Shown here piece by piece: positions 56,300 through 64,000 of a stretch of 64,000 bases of DNA. Numbering within the stretch: the stretch's first letter is position 1; every line of letters begins with the position of its first letter. The stretch is from contig OY761611.1 of assembly GCA_963664875.1 (NCBI GenBank), positions 2,848,001 to 2,912,000 of the forward strand. Reading direction: 5' to 3'. The DNA is from Candidatus Kapaibacterium sp. (GTDB lineage: Bacteria; Bacteroidota; Ignavibacteria; Kapaibacteriales; UBA2268). The notes under the pieces were generated by a model that was given only the letters and a program-made list of their open reading frames with translations, was not told the DNA's origin and did no database searches. The position numbers were made by a program, and so were the translations under genes.

Positions 56300-56599
56300 A
56301 TGAAGGTATCATCTGTTGAATCATATATCAATAGCGTTTACTCTCAGGGGCTAAATGCCACCAGAGTAAACGGTGGAATCAATAAAACTCAGCAAACTGA
56401 GCAAATCGCAAAAACTCAGACTGAGAAAACCGATTCCAATAAAACTCAGGATTTAATATCGCAACAGGAAAGAGAATTTTTTAAAAGTATGTTTCCTGAA
56501 AGCTCGGAGCAAATTGATAAACATATCATTTTCAATCGAAATGGTAAAGTTACTGCTCCAAATCTAAATAAAGGTATGATAGTGGACGGCAGAATATAA
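56300..56599 (+). CDS. Hypothetical 99-aa protein inside the flagellar operon
   Basis: GAGG RBS, clean ORF between flgC and fliE, ends NKGMIVDGRI. Confidence 0.75.
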   Translation: MKVSSVESYINSVYSQGLNATRVNGGINKTQQTEQIAKTQTEKTDSNKTQDLISQQEREFFKSMFPESSEQIDKHIIFNRNGKVTAPNLNKGMIVDGRI

Positions 56600-56671
56600 T
56601 ATCTGCTATTCGCTCCTGCTTTTGCTATTTTGGCAAGGATGCCATGTTTTACTAACGAAAGGAATCGCATC

Positions 56672-56980
56672 ATGGTAGTTAATGAACTCGCTGCGGGTAA
56701 GCAGTATTTACCCATCGTACAGCAACGCACCAATGAGCTGGAATTGCCCAGACATGACGGCGTTACATTCAAAGACACTTTATCTGAATTGGTGGATGAT
56801 GTCAATTCCCTTCAGGTCGATGCTGCTGAGCAAAAAGAAAAGCTCATCAAAGGCGAACCTGTGGACTTGCATGATGTAATGATTTCCGCTCAGAAAGCTA
56901 AAACAAGTTTTGAGCTTTTGCTTGAGTTGCGCAACAAAGGTATGGATTTGTATCGCGAAGTTATGCGTATGCAGGTCTAA
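56672..56980 (+). CDS. fliE: Flagellar hook-basal body protein FliE
   Basis: F.D.L...V..VN, DLHDVMI..QKA, RNK....Y.EVMRMQV. Start at ATG 56672 after GAAAGGA. Confidence 0.95.
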   Translation: MVVNELAAGKQYLPIVQQRTNELELPRHDGVTFKDTLSELVDDVNSLQVDAAEQKEKLIKGEPVDLHDVMISAQKAKTSFELLLELRNKGMDLYREVMRMQV

Positions 56981-57018
56981 GTTTATTCTTTTTTGTTAAC
57001 GCCAATGAGTAGGGTACG

Positions 57019-58821
57019 ATGGCTGAAAATAAAGTTATAGAACAAACCAGAAATTTCTTTTCTAATTTGTCAATGATGCAGAAATGGCTCTTTGGAGCTG
57101 TAGCCGGGGCTATTTTGCTGGTTGGGGCTTATTTTGCTCTTTCGCTTAACGAAGACAAAGTCGAAATGGGGATGCTTTATAAATCTTTAGAGCCGGCAGA
57201 AGCCTCAAAAATAGTGGACTACCTAAAAACAAGTGAAATACCTTATGAGCTGACTGAAAACGGTACTGCTATTCTTATCGACAAAAATAAAGTTTATGAT
57301 ACAAGAATTGCATTAGCAGGTCAGGGATTGCCGGAATCCGGAGTTGTTGGTTATGAGCTTTTTGACAAAACAAATCTCGGTATGTCCGAATTTGTACAAA
57401 AGCTCAACCATAAAAGAGCTCTCGAAGGTGAGCTTGCACGCACCATCAGCTCTATGGAAGAAATCAAGAGAGTAAGAGTTCACATCGTTATCCCTGAAAA
57501 AGCATTGTTTAAAAAAGATCAACGTTCTCCAACTGCTTCTGTAACTCTTCACCTTAATTCCACACGCAGCGATAACAAATTGAATATAGAAGGTATTCAA
57601 AATTTGGTTGCTTCAAGTGTCGAAGGTATGAAAGTTGAAGATGTAAGCGTGGTCGATCAAAGAGGTAAGCTGCTTTCAGAAGCTCCTTTCGACGAGACTA
57701 CTCTTGCAGGCAAAACTGCTTTGCAACACGAACAGCAAAGAAGAGTCGAACAGCACCTTACAAGCAAAGTTCAGTCTATGCTTGATAATGTTATTGGCAC
57801 CGGTAATTCTAATGTAGAAGTTAATGCGGATCTTGATTTTACAAGTATAGAAAAAACTATTACCGACTATGATCCCGAACGCCAGGTTGTTAGAAGTGAA
57901 CAAAACATTGTCGAAAAAAGTGCATCTTCTGATTCACTGAGCTATCCTGCTGTAAATATGTCGAAAGATCAGGCGAATAACATACAGAACTATGAAATTT
58001 CCAAATCTGTGGAGCATATTGTCAATTCTGTGGGCAATGTGAAACGCCTTTCTGTTGCTGTTATGATAAATGGTACACACGAAGTTATTACCAACGAACA
58101 GGGACTCAAAGAGCTAAAATATGTACCCCGAAGCGATGAAGAAATGCAACAATTCCGTGACTTGGTTCAAAATGCGGTAGGATTTGCACCCGATAGAGGA
58201 GACAATATTTCTGTTTTGAATATCCCGTTCGATACTTCATGGGAAGAAGACGCTCAGCAGATAATTCAGGAACTACCTTGGTGGCAAATAGAAGAAAACC
58301 AAAAGCTAATATTACTTGGTTTTGCTATCTTGCTTACTATGCTGATATTCTGGAGAGTACTAAGGTCAAAACTAATCAAAGAAAGAATGCGTATTGCACT
58401 TTCATTGCCTGCTGATGTAACTATGGGTTTAGATGAAATCGGAGAAGACGAACAGGACGAAGAAGACGAAAGACTTGACGAAGAAGAGCAACTATTCGAA
58501 GAGCTCGACTTAGATGAAGATGAAATGATGTTGCTTCCTGCTGAACTGCCCGAACAGCTACTTTTAGAAGGTGAAAAGCTGGTAAAAGAAAAAGAAGAGG
58601 AAATGGAATTAGATGAAACTGAAGAAATAGATTCCGAATCTTTGGCTGCAAGAGCAAGAGCTTCATTAGAACAAGCTGACTCACCGGAACTTACAGAAGA
58701 AACTTTGATGAAAATTGAAATAAAACAAAAAGTAGAAAATTACCTCGCTGAGGATACCGAAGATGCTGTAAAACTGATTAGATTATTATTATCACAGGAT
58801 TTAGATATTCGAGGCTACTAA
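57019..58821 (+). CDS. fliF: Flagellar MS-ring protein FliF
   Basis: GYELFDK, RALEGELARTI, RVHIVIP, LVASSVEG, RGDNISV; two TMs. Confidence 0.96.
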   Translation: MAENKVIEQTRNFFSNLSMMQKWLFGAVAGAILLVGAYFALSLNEDKVEMGMLYKSLEPAEASKIVDYLKTSEIPYELTENGTAILIDKNKVYDTRIALAGQGLPESGVVGYELFDKTNLGMSEFVQKLNHKRALEGELARTISSMEEIKRVRVHIVIPEKALFKKDQRSPTASVTLHLNSTRSDNKLNIEGIQNLVASSVEGMKVEDVSVVDQRGKLLSEAPFDETTLAGKTALQHEQQRRVEQHLTSKVQSMLDNVIGTGNSNVEVNADLDFTSIEKTITDYDPERQVVRSEQNIVEKSASSDSLSYPAVNMSKDQANNIQNYEISKSVEHIVNSVGNVKRLSVAVMINGTHEVITNEQGLKELKYVPRSDEEMQQFRDLVQNAVGFAPDRGDNISVLNIPFDTSWEEDAQQIIQELPWWQIEENQKLILLGFAILLTMLIFWRVLRSKLIKERMRIALSLPADVTMGLDEIGEDEQDEEDERLDEEEQLFEELDLDEDEMMLLPAELPEQLLLEGEKLVKEKEEEMELDETEEIDSESLAARARASLEQADSPELTEETLMKIEIKQKVENYLAEDTEDAVKLIRLLLSQDLDIRGY

Positions 58822-58887
58822 TATGAATCAAACAAATTCGTATTAAACTTAAACAGGCAATTTCTTTGAATTGAGGCAATAAAAAAA

Positions 58888-59907
58888 ATGGCAAAATTTA
58901 AAAACATACAAGAACTTACCGGCAGGCAAAAGGCAGCTGTGCTTCTTATGTCTATGGATGTGGACGTAGCTGCGAAAGTCTTTCAGGAACTTGAGATGAA
59001 GGAAGTAGAACAAATTGCGGTGGAGATTACTAACCTTCGCGATTTGCCGCCTATGATAGTAGAAGACGTTATCGACGAGTTTTATCAGTTGATGACCGCT
59101 TCCAGTTATATGATAGAAGGTGGTTTAGAGTATGCACAGGTGCTGTTGGAAAAAAGTTATGGTTTAGAGCAAGCTCGTGAAATTATAGAAAAAATCAGAG
59201 TGCTGACTACTGTTCGTGGTTTTAATATTCTTAAAAAAGCAGATCCTCAGCAACTTGCTAACTTTTTATCAAAAGAGCATCCGCAAACTATTGCCCTTAT
59301 TTTATCGCATCTAACACCCGATCATGCTGCGGAAGTGCTTAACGAATTCAAAGAAGATGTACGTTCTGAAACAATTCACCGTATAGCTATCCTCGGAAAG
59401 GTTTCGCCTCAGTTAGTTTCCGAGATAGAGCATGTCGTAGATCAAATTGCAGAATCTACACTATCGCAAAACCTTGCTACAGCCGGTGGTGCTCAGATGG
59501 TAGCTAATATCCTCAATAAGAGTAACAATGCTACCGCTAAGCAAATGCTCGAAAGTATCGAAGAAAAAGACTATAATATGGCTCTCGAAATCAAACGCAT
59601 GATGTTCCTTTTCGAAGATATTATCCTTATCGACGACAAAGGTATCCAAAGGATTCTTCGAGATGTGGACAAAAGAGACCTTGCTCTCGCACTCAAAGTT
59701 TCAGAAGAAAAAATCCGCGAAAAAATCTTCAAAAATATGTCAGAGCGTGCGGCTCAGGTGGTCAGAGAAGAACTCGAATTTATGGGACCAGTCAAACTCA
59801 AAGAGGTCGAATCAGCACAAATGCGTATTGTTGATGTGATTAAAGAACTTGAAGAACAGGATGAGATTGCTATTGGCGGCAGAGGCAAAGAAGATATCTT
59901 TGTATAA
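58888..59907 (+). CDS. fliG: Flagellar motor switch protein FliG
   Basis: QKAAVLL, EHPQTIALIL, MFLFED, NMSERAA, GPVKLKEVE.AQ. Confidence 0.97.
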   Translation: MAKFKNIQELTGRQKAAVLLMSMDVDVAAKVFQELEMKEVEQIAVEITNLRDLPPMIVEDVIDEFYQLMTASSYMIEGGLEYAQVLLEKSYGLEQAREIIEKIRVLTTVRGFNILKKADPQQLANFLSKEHPQTIALILSHLTPDHAAEVLNEFKEDVRSETIHRIAILGKVSPQLVSEIEHVVDQIAESTLSQNLATAGGAQMVANILNKSNNATAKQMLESIEEKDYNMALEIKRMMFLFEDIILIDDKGIQRILRDVDKRDLALALKVSEEKIREKIFKNMSERAAQVVREELEFMGPVKLKEVESAQMRIVDVIKELEEQDEIAIGGRGKEDIFV

Positions 59908-59943
59908 TCATTTATGCCGTTTCAGGAAATGGGAGTGTGAAAA

Positions 59944-60837
59944 ATGACCAAAATTGTTGTAAAGGTTCCTAGAAAAAAATCGAAAGTCAAGATAATTCGC
60001 TCTCAAGACATAATCGAGCAGGAATTAGAAAAGAAAAGGCTGAGGGAGTTAGAACTTCGTAGGCGAATTGAAGAGGAAAGACAAATACATGCCGTGCATG
60101 AGTATGTCGAAATTCCTGTGGCAGAACCTGAGCCCGAACCGGAACCGGAGATTGTAGCGGAGCCGGAGATTGAGGTTGCCCTAAAGACAGAAATACCACA
60201 TCAGCATTTCACTGAGACTTTTGTGATATACGATCATGAAAGCCCTGTCGAAATCAATCTGAGTAACATCAAAGAAGAAACTGTACCGCTCGATGTTGCG
60301 ATGACTGAGGTGCAAAATGCTTATGACCGTGGATTTTCAGATGGGCAAAAAGCAAGCGAAGCGGTATTTGTTACCGAAATTGAAGATTATAGGAAATGGA
60401 TGCTTCGTATAGATAAAGTTGTTGATGAAATGCGTGAATCATTTGCTGACGAATTAGTCAAATTCGAAAAAGTTCTTTTAGATACAGCTACCATGATTGC
60501 CGAGCATATTCTTGAACACGAAATTTCTCAAAATTCCGAAATTGTTATCGAGCAAATCAAAAAAGTTATCCGAGATGTCGAAGACGAAAATGTATATGAG
60601 GTGAGACTCAACAGCGAAGATGTGTTTATTCTAAAAGAAATTAAAAGCAGCGTCTTTGCTAATAAAGAAAAGTACCCTGATGTGAAATTTATTTCTGACG
60701 ATCGTATTCGCCCGGGTGGGTGCATTGTTCAAACCTCTGCAGGCACTATAGATGCAAGAATATCGAGGCAAATAGAGCGAATCAAAATTGCTTTGCGAGA
60801 AATAATGAATGACCCGGAATTAAAAGCACAAATGTAA
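59944..60837 (+). CDS. fliH: Flagellar assembly protein FliH
   Basis: AYDRGFSDG, GGCIVQTSAGTIDARI; position between fliG and fliI. Confidence 0.9.
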   Translation: MTKIVVKVPRKKSKVKIIRSQDIIEQELEKKRLRELELRRRIEEERQIHAVHEYVEIPVAEPEPEPEPEIVAEPEIEVALKTEIPHQHFTETFVIYDHESPVEINLSNIKEETVPLDVAMTEVQNAYDRGFSDGQKASEAVFVTEIEDYRKWMLRIDKVVDEMRESFADELVKFEKVLLDTATMIAEHILEHEISQNSEIVIEQIKKVIRDVEDENVYEVRLNSEDVFILKEIKSSVFANKEKYPDVKFISDDRIRPGGCIVQTSAGTIDARISRQIERIKIALREIMNDPELKAQM

Positions 60838-60843
60838 ACAATT

Positions 60844-62169
60844 ATGATAAATCCTGATATACTCAGAGCCAAACTTAATGATGCAGTCAAAACTGTTAAA
60901 TCAACAGAAATGACCGGCAGACTTAATAAAGTGATAGGAATGGTACTCGAAAGCGATGGACCTAAAGCACCTATTGGTCAGATTTGCCATTTGAGAGATA
61001 AAGAGGGCAATATCATATCAAAATCTGAGATAGTTGGGTTCAAAGATAGTAATAAGATTTTATCCATGGTGCTCGGTGATTTATATAATATTACTCCCGG
61101 CATGGATATAGTTGCAACCGGAGAAACGCTGAAAGTGGGTGTGGGCGATAGATTTCTCGGAAGAGTTTTAGATGGACTTGGCGAACCTATGGACGGCAAA
61201 GGTCACATCTATTCCTCAGAGAAGCGATCTATTTATGCTCAGCCTCCGAATCCGCTTCTACGAAAAAGAATTACCGAACCGATATCTACCGGAATTAAAG
61301 CTATTGACGGGATGCTCACCATGGGCAAAGGTCAAAGGGTTGGTATCTTCGCAGGTTCAGGTGTCGGTAAATCTACTTTACTTGGCATGATAGCAAGACA
61401 AACTTCTGCCGATATTAACGTTATTGCTCTAATTGGGGAACGTGGAAGAGAGGTCAGAGAGTTTATCGAAAAAGATTTGGGCACAGAAGGATTAGCAAGG
61501 TCGGTAGTTGTTGTTGCAACTAGCGATGCTCCTCCTTTAGTTCGTGTTAAAGCTGCCTTAGTAGCAACGAGCATTGCTGAGTACTACCGAGATAAAAGTA
61601 TGGACGTGATGCTGATGATGGATTCGGCGACAAGGCTGGCAATGGCACAGAGAGAAGTTGGTCTAACCATCGGCGAACCTCCTACCACGAAAGGCTATAC
61701 ACCTTCTGTATTTAGTTTGATGCAAAATACAATGGAAAGAGCAGGTACTTCCGAGCACGGCTCCATAACTGCACTATATACTATTCTTGTCGAAGGTGAT
61801 GACATGAACGAACCAATAGCCGACACTGCCCGTGGTATTTTAGATGGGCACATAGTGCTTTCCAGAAAGTTGGCTTCAGCAGGGCATTACCCTGCTATTA
61901 GTGTTCTTGATAGTATTAGCCGTGTGAAAAATGATATTGCTGACAGAGAACACCTTCAGGCGTCTCAGAAAATACAAACTTTGCTTGCTACTTACGCCGA
62001 TGCAGAAGATTTGATTAGTGTCGGGGCTTACCAGAGAGGAAGTAGCCCTAAAATCGATAAATCAATACAGATGATAGACAGAATCAATAGCTTTTTAATG
62101 CAGGAAGTCCTTGCGTCGCATAATTTATCAGACACTATCAGGGAATTAAAAGAGCTTGCAAACCAATAG
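60844..62169 (+). CDS. fliI: Flagellar export ATPase FliI
   Basis: AGSGVGKST, GERGREV, GEPPTTKGY, LDGHIVLSR, HYPAI. Confidence 0.97.
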   Translation: MINPDILRAKLNDAVKTVKSTEMTGRLNKVIGMVLESDGPKAPIGQICHLRDKEGNIISKSEIVGFKDSNKILSMVLGDLYNITPGMDIVATGETLKVGVGDRFLGRVLDGLGEPMDGKGHIYSSEKRSIYAQPPNPLLRKRITEPISTGIKAIDGMLTMGKGQRVGIFAGSGVGKSTLLGMIARQTSADINVIALIGERGREVREFIEKDLGTEGLARSVVVVATSDAPPLVRVKAALVATSIAEYYRDKSMDVMLMMDSATRLAMAQREVGLTIGEPPTTKGYTPSVFSLMQNTMERAGTSEHGSITALYTILVEGDDMNEPIADTARGILDGHIVLSRKLASAGHYPAISVLDSISRVKNDIADREHLQASQKIQTLLATYADAEDLISVGAYQRGSSPKIDKSIQMIDRINSFLMQEVLASHNLSDTIRELKELANQ

Positions 62170-62309
62170 GTCCTGAATAAAACTATTGATATGGACGAAA
62201 AGTCGGGTTAAAAAACACGGAGTTGTTTACTAAGGTGATTTTTCGAAGAATTAGTTACAAGATTAGGCAAAATAAAACTTAAAGATATTATCTTATTTAT
62301 AGTACAGCG

Positions 62310-62753
62310 ATGGCAAAAAAATTCAAATTCAGATTAGATCCTCTTCTTCGATTGAAGAGCCATAAGGTTGAGCGAGCTAAGGAAATGCTTAGTGAAGTCA
62401 GCCAGATGCGTTTTATGAAAGAAGATGAGAAAGAAAAGAATTTGGCTTATCTCAAAGAAATGCTTAATACCGGCAAAAAATCCGGAAACGTATTGCAAAT
62501 GCAGGCAGCAAGCTATCATAATGCTTATGTTCGTTCACAAATAGAAAAATTGCAAAAAGAAATAGATAAACTTAAAGAAATTGAAAACATAAGACGACAA
62601 CAACTAAATAAAGCGATGCAGGAAGAAAAAGTTCTTACTAAGCTGAAAGACAAAAAAGAACACGCTTATCTGCATGATGTGCTAAAAGAAGAAAATGCCT
62701 TTATTGACGAAATAGCTATCCTTCGTGGCAATCAAAAAAGAGGAGAATCCTAA
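62310..62753 (+). CDS. fliJ: Flagellar export protein FliJ
   Basis: FKFRLDPLLRLK N-terminus, coiled coil, E...IDE end; follows fliI. Confidence 0.9.
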   Translation: MAKKFKFRLDPLLRLKSHKVERAKEMLSEVSQMRFMKEDEKEKNLAYLKEMLNTGKKSGNVLQMQAASYHNAYVRSQIEKLQKEIDKLKEIENIRRQQLNKAMQEEKVLTKLKDKKEHAYLHDVLKEENAFIDEIAILRGNQKRGES

Positions 62754-63472
62754 TGGAAATGAATATCAAAAAAGCAGCAATGATTATTGTAGGTATCAGC
62801 TTTTCGCTGACGCTGACAGTGCTTGCTGTAATTGGTATTTACCAGTGGGATCCGACTTTAATGGGACTGCCACCTCATCCTCAGGATACTACTCAGGTTG
62901 TGGAGCTTCCTCCGCCACCGCCAAAGCCAGTAGAATCTATTAAAACAGTAGAAATCACAGAAGCCCAGTTCAAAGAAATGGAAGATGAGCTCATAGCTAA
63001 GCATAGGATTGTACAAAGCAAAGATTCACTTGCCAAAGCTAATAAGCAACTTCAGGATTCCATAAAGAAGCTGGTAGCTATGGGCAAAAAGTATAATGAC
63101 TCTATCAAATCTGTTTCAAAATATCTTGACAGTGCCAAGCTGGCAAAATCTCATTTGTCTGATTCTTTGGCAAAGCTTGCCGCTAAGGTGAAAAAAGATT
63201 CCATCAAAATATTGCTTAAGCAAAATAAAATAGATAATCTTCAGGACTATCTTGTTGCCAAAGCAGATTCATCTGAAACAGAAAACTTCAAAGTGTTTGC
63301 TAAAATGTACGATGCTACTAATCCTGCAGATGTTGCCAGAATATTAGAACAAATAGACGAACGCGACGCTGCTGTAATCCTCAAACTTATGCAAAAAAAG
63401 AAAGCTGGCAAGGTTCTTGAATCTATGACTCCTGAGAGTGCTGCTGCAATATTGTTATTGGGTAGCGAATAA
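62753..63472 (+). CDS. MotE/FlbB/YlxF-like flagellar protein (TM + coiled coil + MgtE-N-like helical domain)
   Basis: AKMY....P.DVARILE...AAVILKLM..KKAGKVLESM.PE.AA; typical position after fliJ. Confidence 0.8.
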   Translation: MEMNIKKAAMIIVGISFSLTLTVLAVIGIYQWDPTLMGLPPHPQDTTQVVELPPPPPKPVESIKTVEITEAQFKEMEDELIAKHRIVQSKDSLAKANKQLQDSIKKLVAMGKKYNDSIKSVSKYLDSAKLAKSHLSDSLAKLAAKVKKDSIKILLKQNKIDNLQDYLVAKADSSETENFKVFAKMYDATNPADVARILEQIDERDAAVILKLMQKKKAGKVLESMTPESAAAILLLGSE

Positions 63473-63510
63473 AAAAATTAGGAATGTAGATTTTAGTGCA
63501 AGGACGCACC

Positions 63511-64000
63511 ATGCAAATCTTCCCTGTAAATAATGCCGGAAACCAAATCTCTACAAATGCGGAAAAGCGATATGCCGAAGAGGCAGCTATGGCTTTGGCG
63601 AGTATGGGTAACCTGTTTAGCGATGTGCTGAATAATATTCAGGCAGATAAGTCAGCAAACCAAAATAAATCTGATGCTAATTATAGCCAAAATGTTAAAG
63701 AAGATAACTCTTCGCAAAGAAAAGCAAACAACGGAGAGGTGGAGAATAACATCAAATCGGCTGATAATAGCCCAAAAAAATCAGAGACTACAGACAATAA
63801 ATCTGAAGAAAGTAAAAATTCCACATCCACTGAAAAAAAATCTGAAGATACAAAAATGTCTAAATCTGACAGCATATCTTCCGTTAAGGCAGACTCTAAT
63901 CAATCTAAACAAACCACTTCCGTAAGCGTTAAGTCTGAGCTCCCTCAAACAGGCACACAGACGGGCGAACAGACAAGCTTACAAGAGCAGATGGATTTTG
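63511..64000 (+). CDS. fliK: Probable flagellar hook-length control protein FliK, N-terminal part (runs off the right edge)
   Basis: AGGA RBS, ATG 63511, open low-complexity S/N/K/E-rich frame (MQIFPVNNAG...LFSDVLNNIQ...). Identity inferred from gene order only. Confidence 0.6.
   Translation, partial: MQIFPVNNAGNQISTNAEKRYAEEAAMALASMGNLFSDVLNNIQADKSANQNKSDANYSQNVKEDNSSQRKANNGEVENNIKSADNSPKKSETTDNKSEESKNSTSTEKKSEDTKMSKSDSISSVKADSNQSKQTTSVSVKSELPQTGTQTGEQTSLQEQMDF

Noticed and set aside
60120-60170. Short repeats GAACCTGAGCCCGAACCGGAACCGGAG
   Set aside because: Encode a Pro-Glu linker in FliH using varied codons; not a contingency repeat.
63674-63925. 83-aa ORF from the track near the right edge
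   Set aside because: Out-of-frame shadow of the longer frame starting at 63511 that runs off the window.

Overview
AT-rich bacterial chromosomal window, most likely FCB group (Ignavibacteria/Kapabacteria-like, inferred from T9SS C-terminal sorting signals together with flagellar genes). It is mostly housekeeping and proteolysis genes: a trypsin-like active/inactive protease pair, two tandem T9SS subtilases, M28 and C69 peptidases, three orphan histidine kinases, tRNA-Gln(CTG), smpB, ccmB, trpF, a LeuC-LeuD-type fusion, mraZ-rsmH, pfkA, thpR, coaE and two flagellar operons (fliLMNO; flgBC-orf-fliEFGHIJ-motE-like-fliK). The most interesting stretch is 45.1-52.3 kb. It holds (i) a RAYT-like HUH transposase flanked by a perfect 29-bp inverted pair of REP-like palindromes, (ii) a candidate ~75-nt promoter-terminator sRNA, (iii) an unannotated 53-aa amphipathic peptide gene (48255-48416) with a structured 5' UTR and a convergent antisense transcript with its own promoter and terminator, i.e. 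the architecture of a type I toxin-antitoxin locus with a peptide I do not recognise, and (iv) an ABC-ATPase + TOPRIM-like (DUF4276) two-gene candidate defence module. Also notable are an apparently non-cleavable LexA-like repressor behind a sigma54-like motif shared with the flagellar operons and a CarH-like regulator lacking its B12 motifs. All calls were made by eye; no database searches or folding computations were run.
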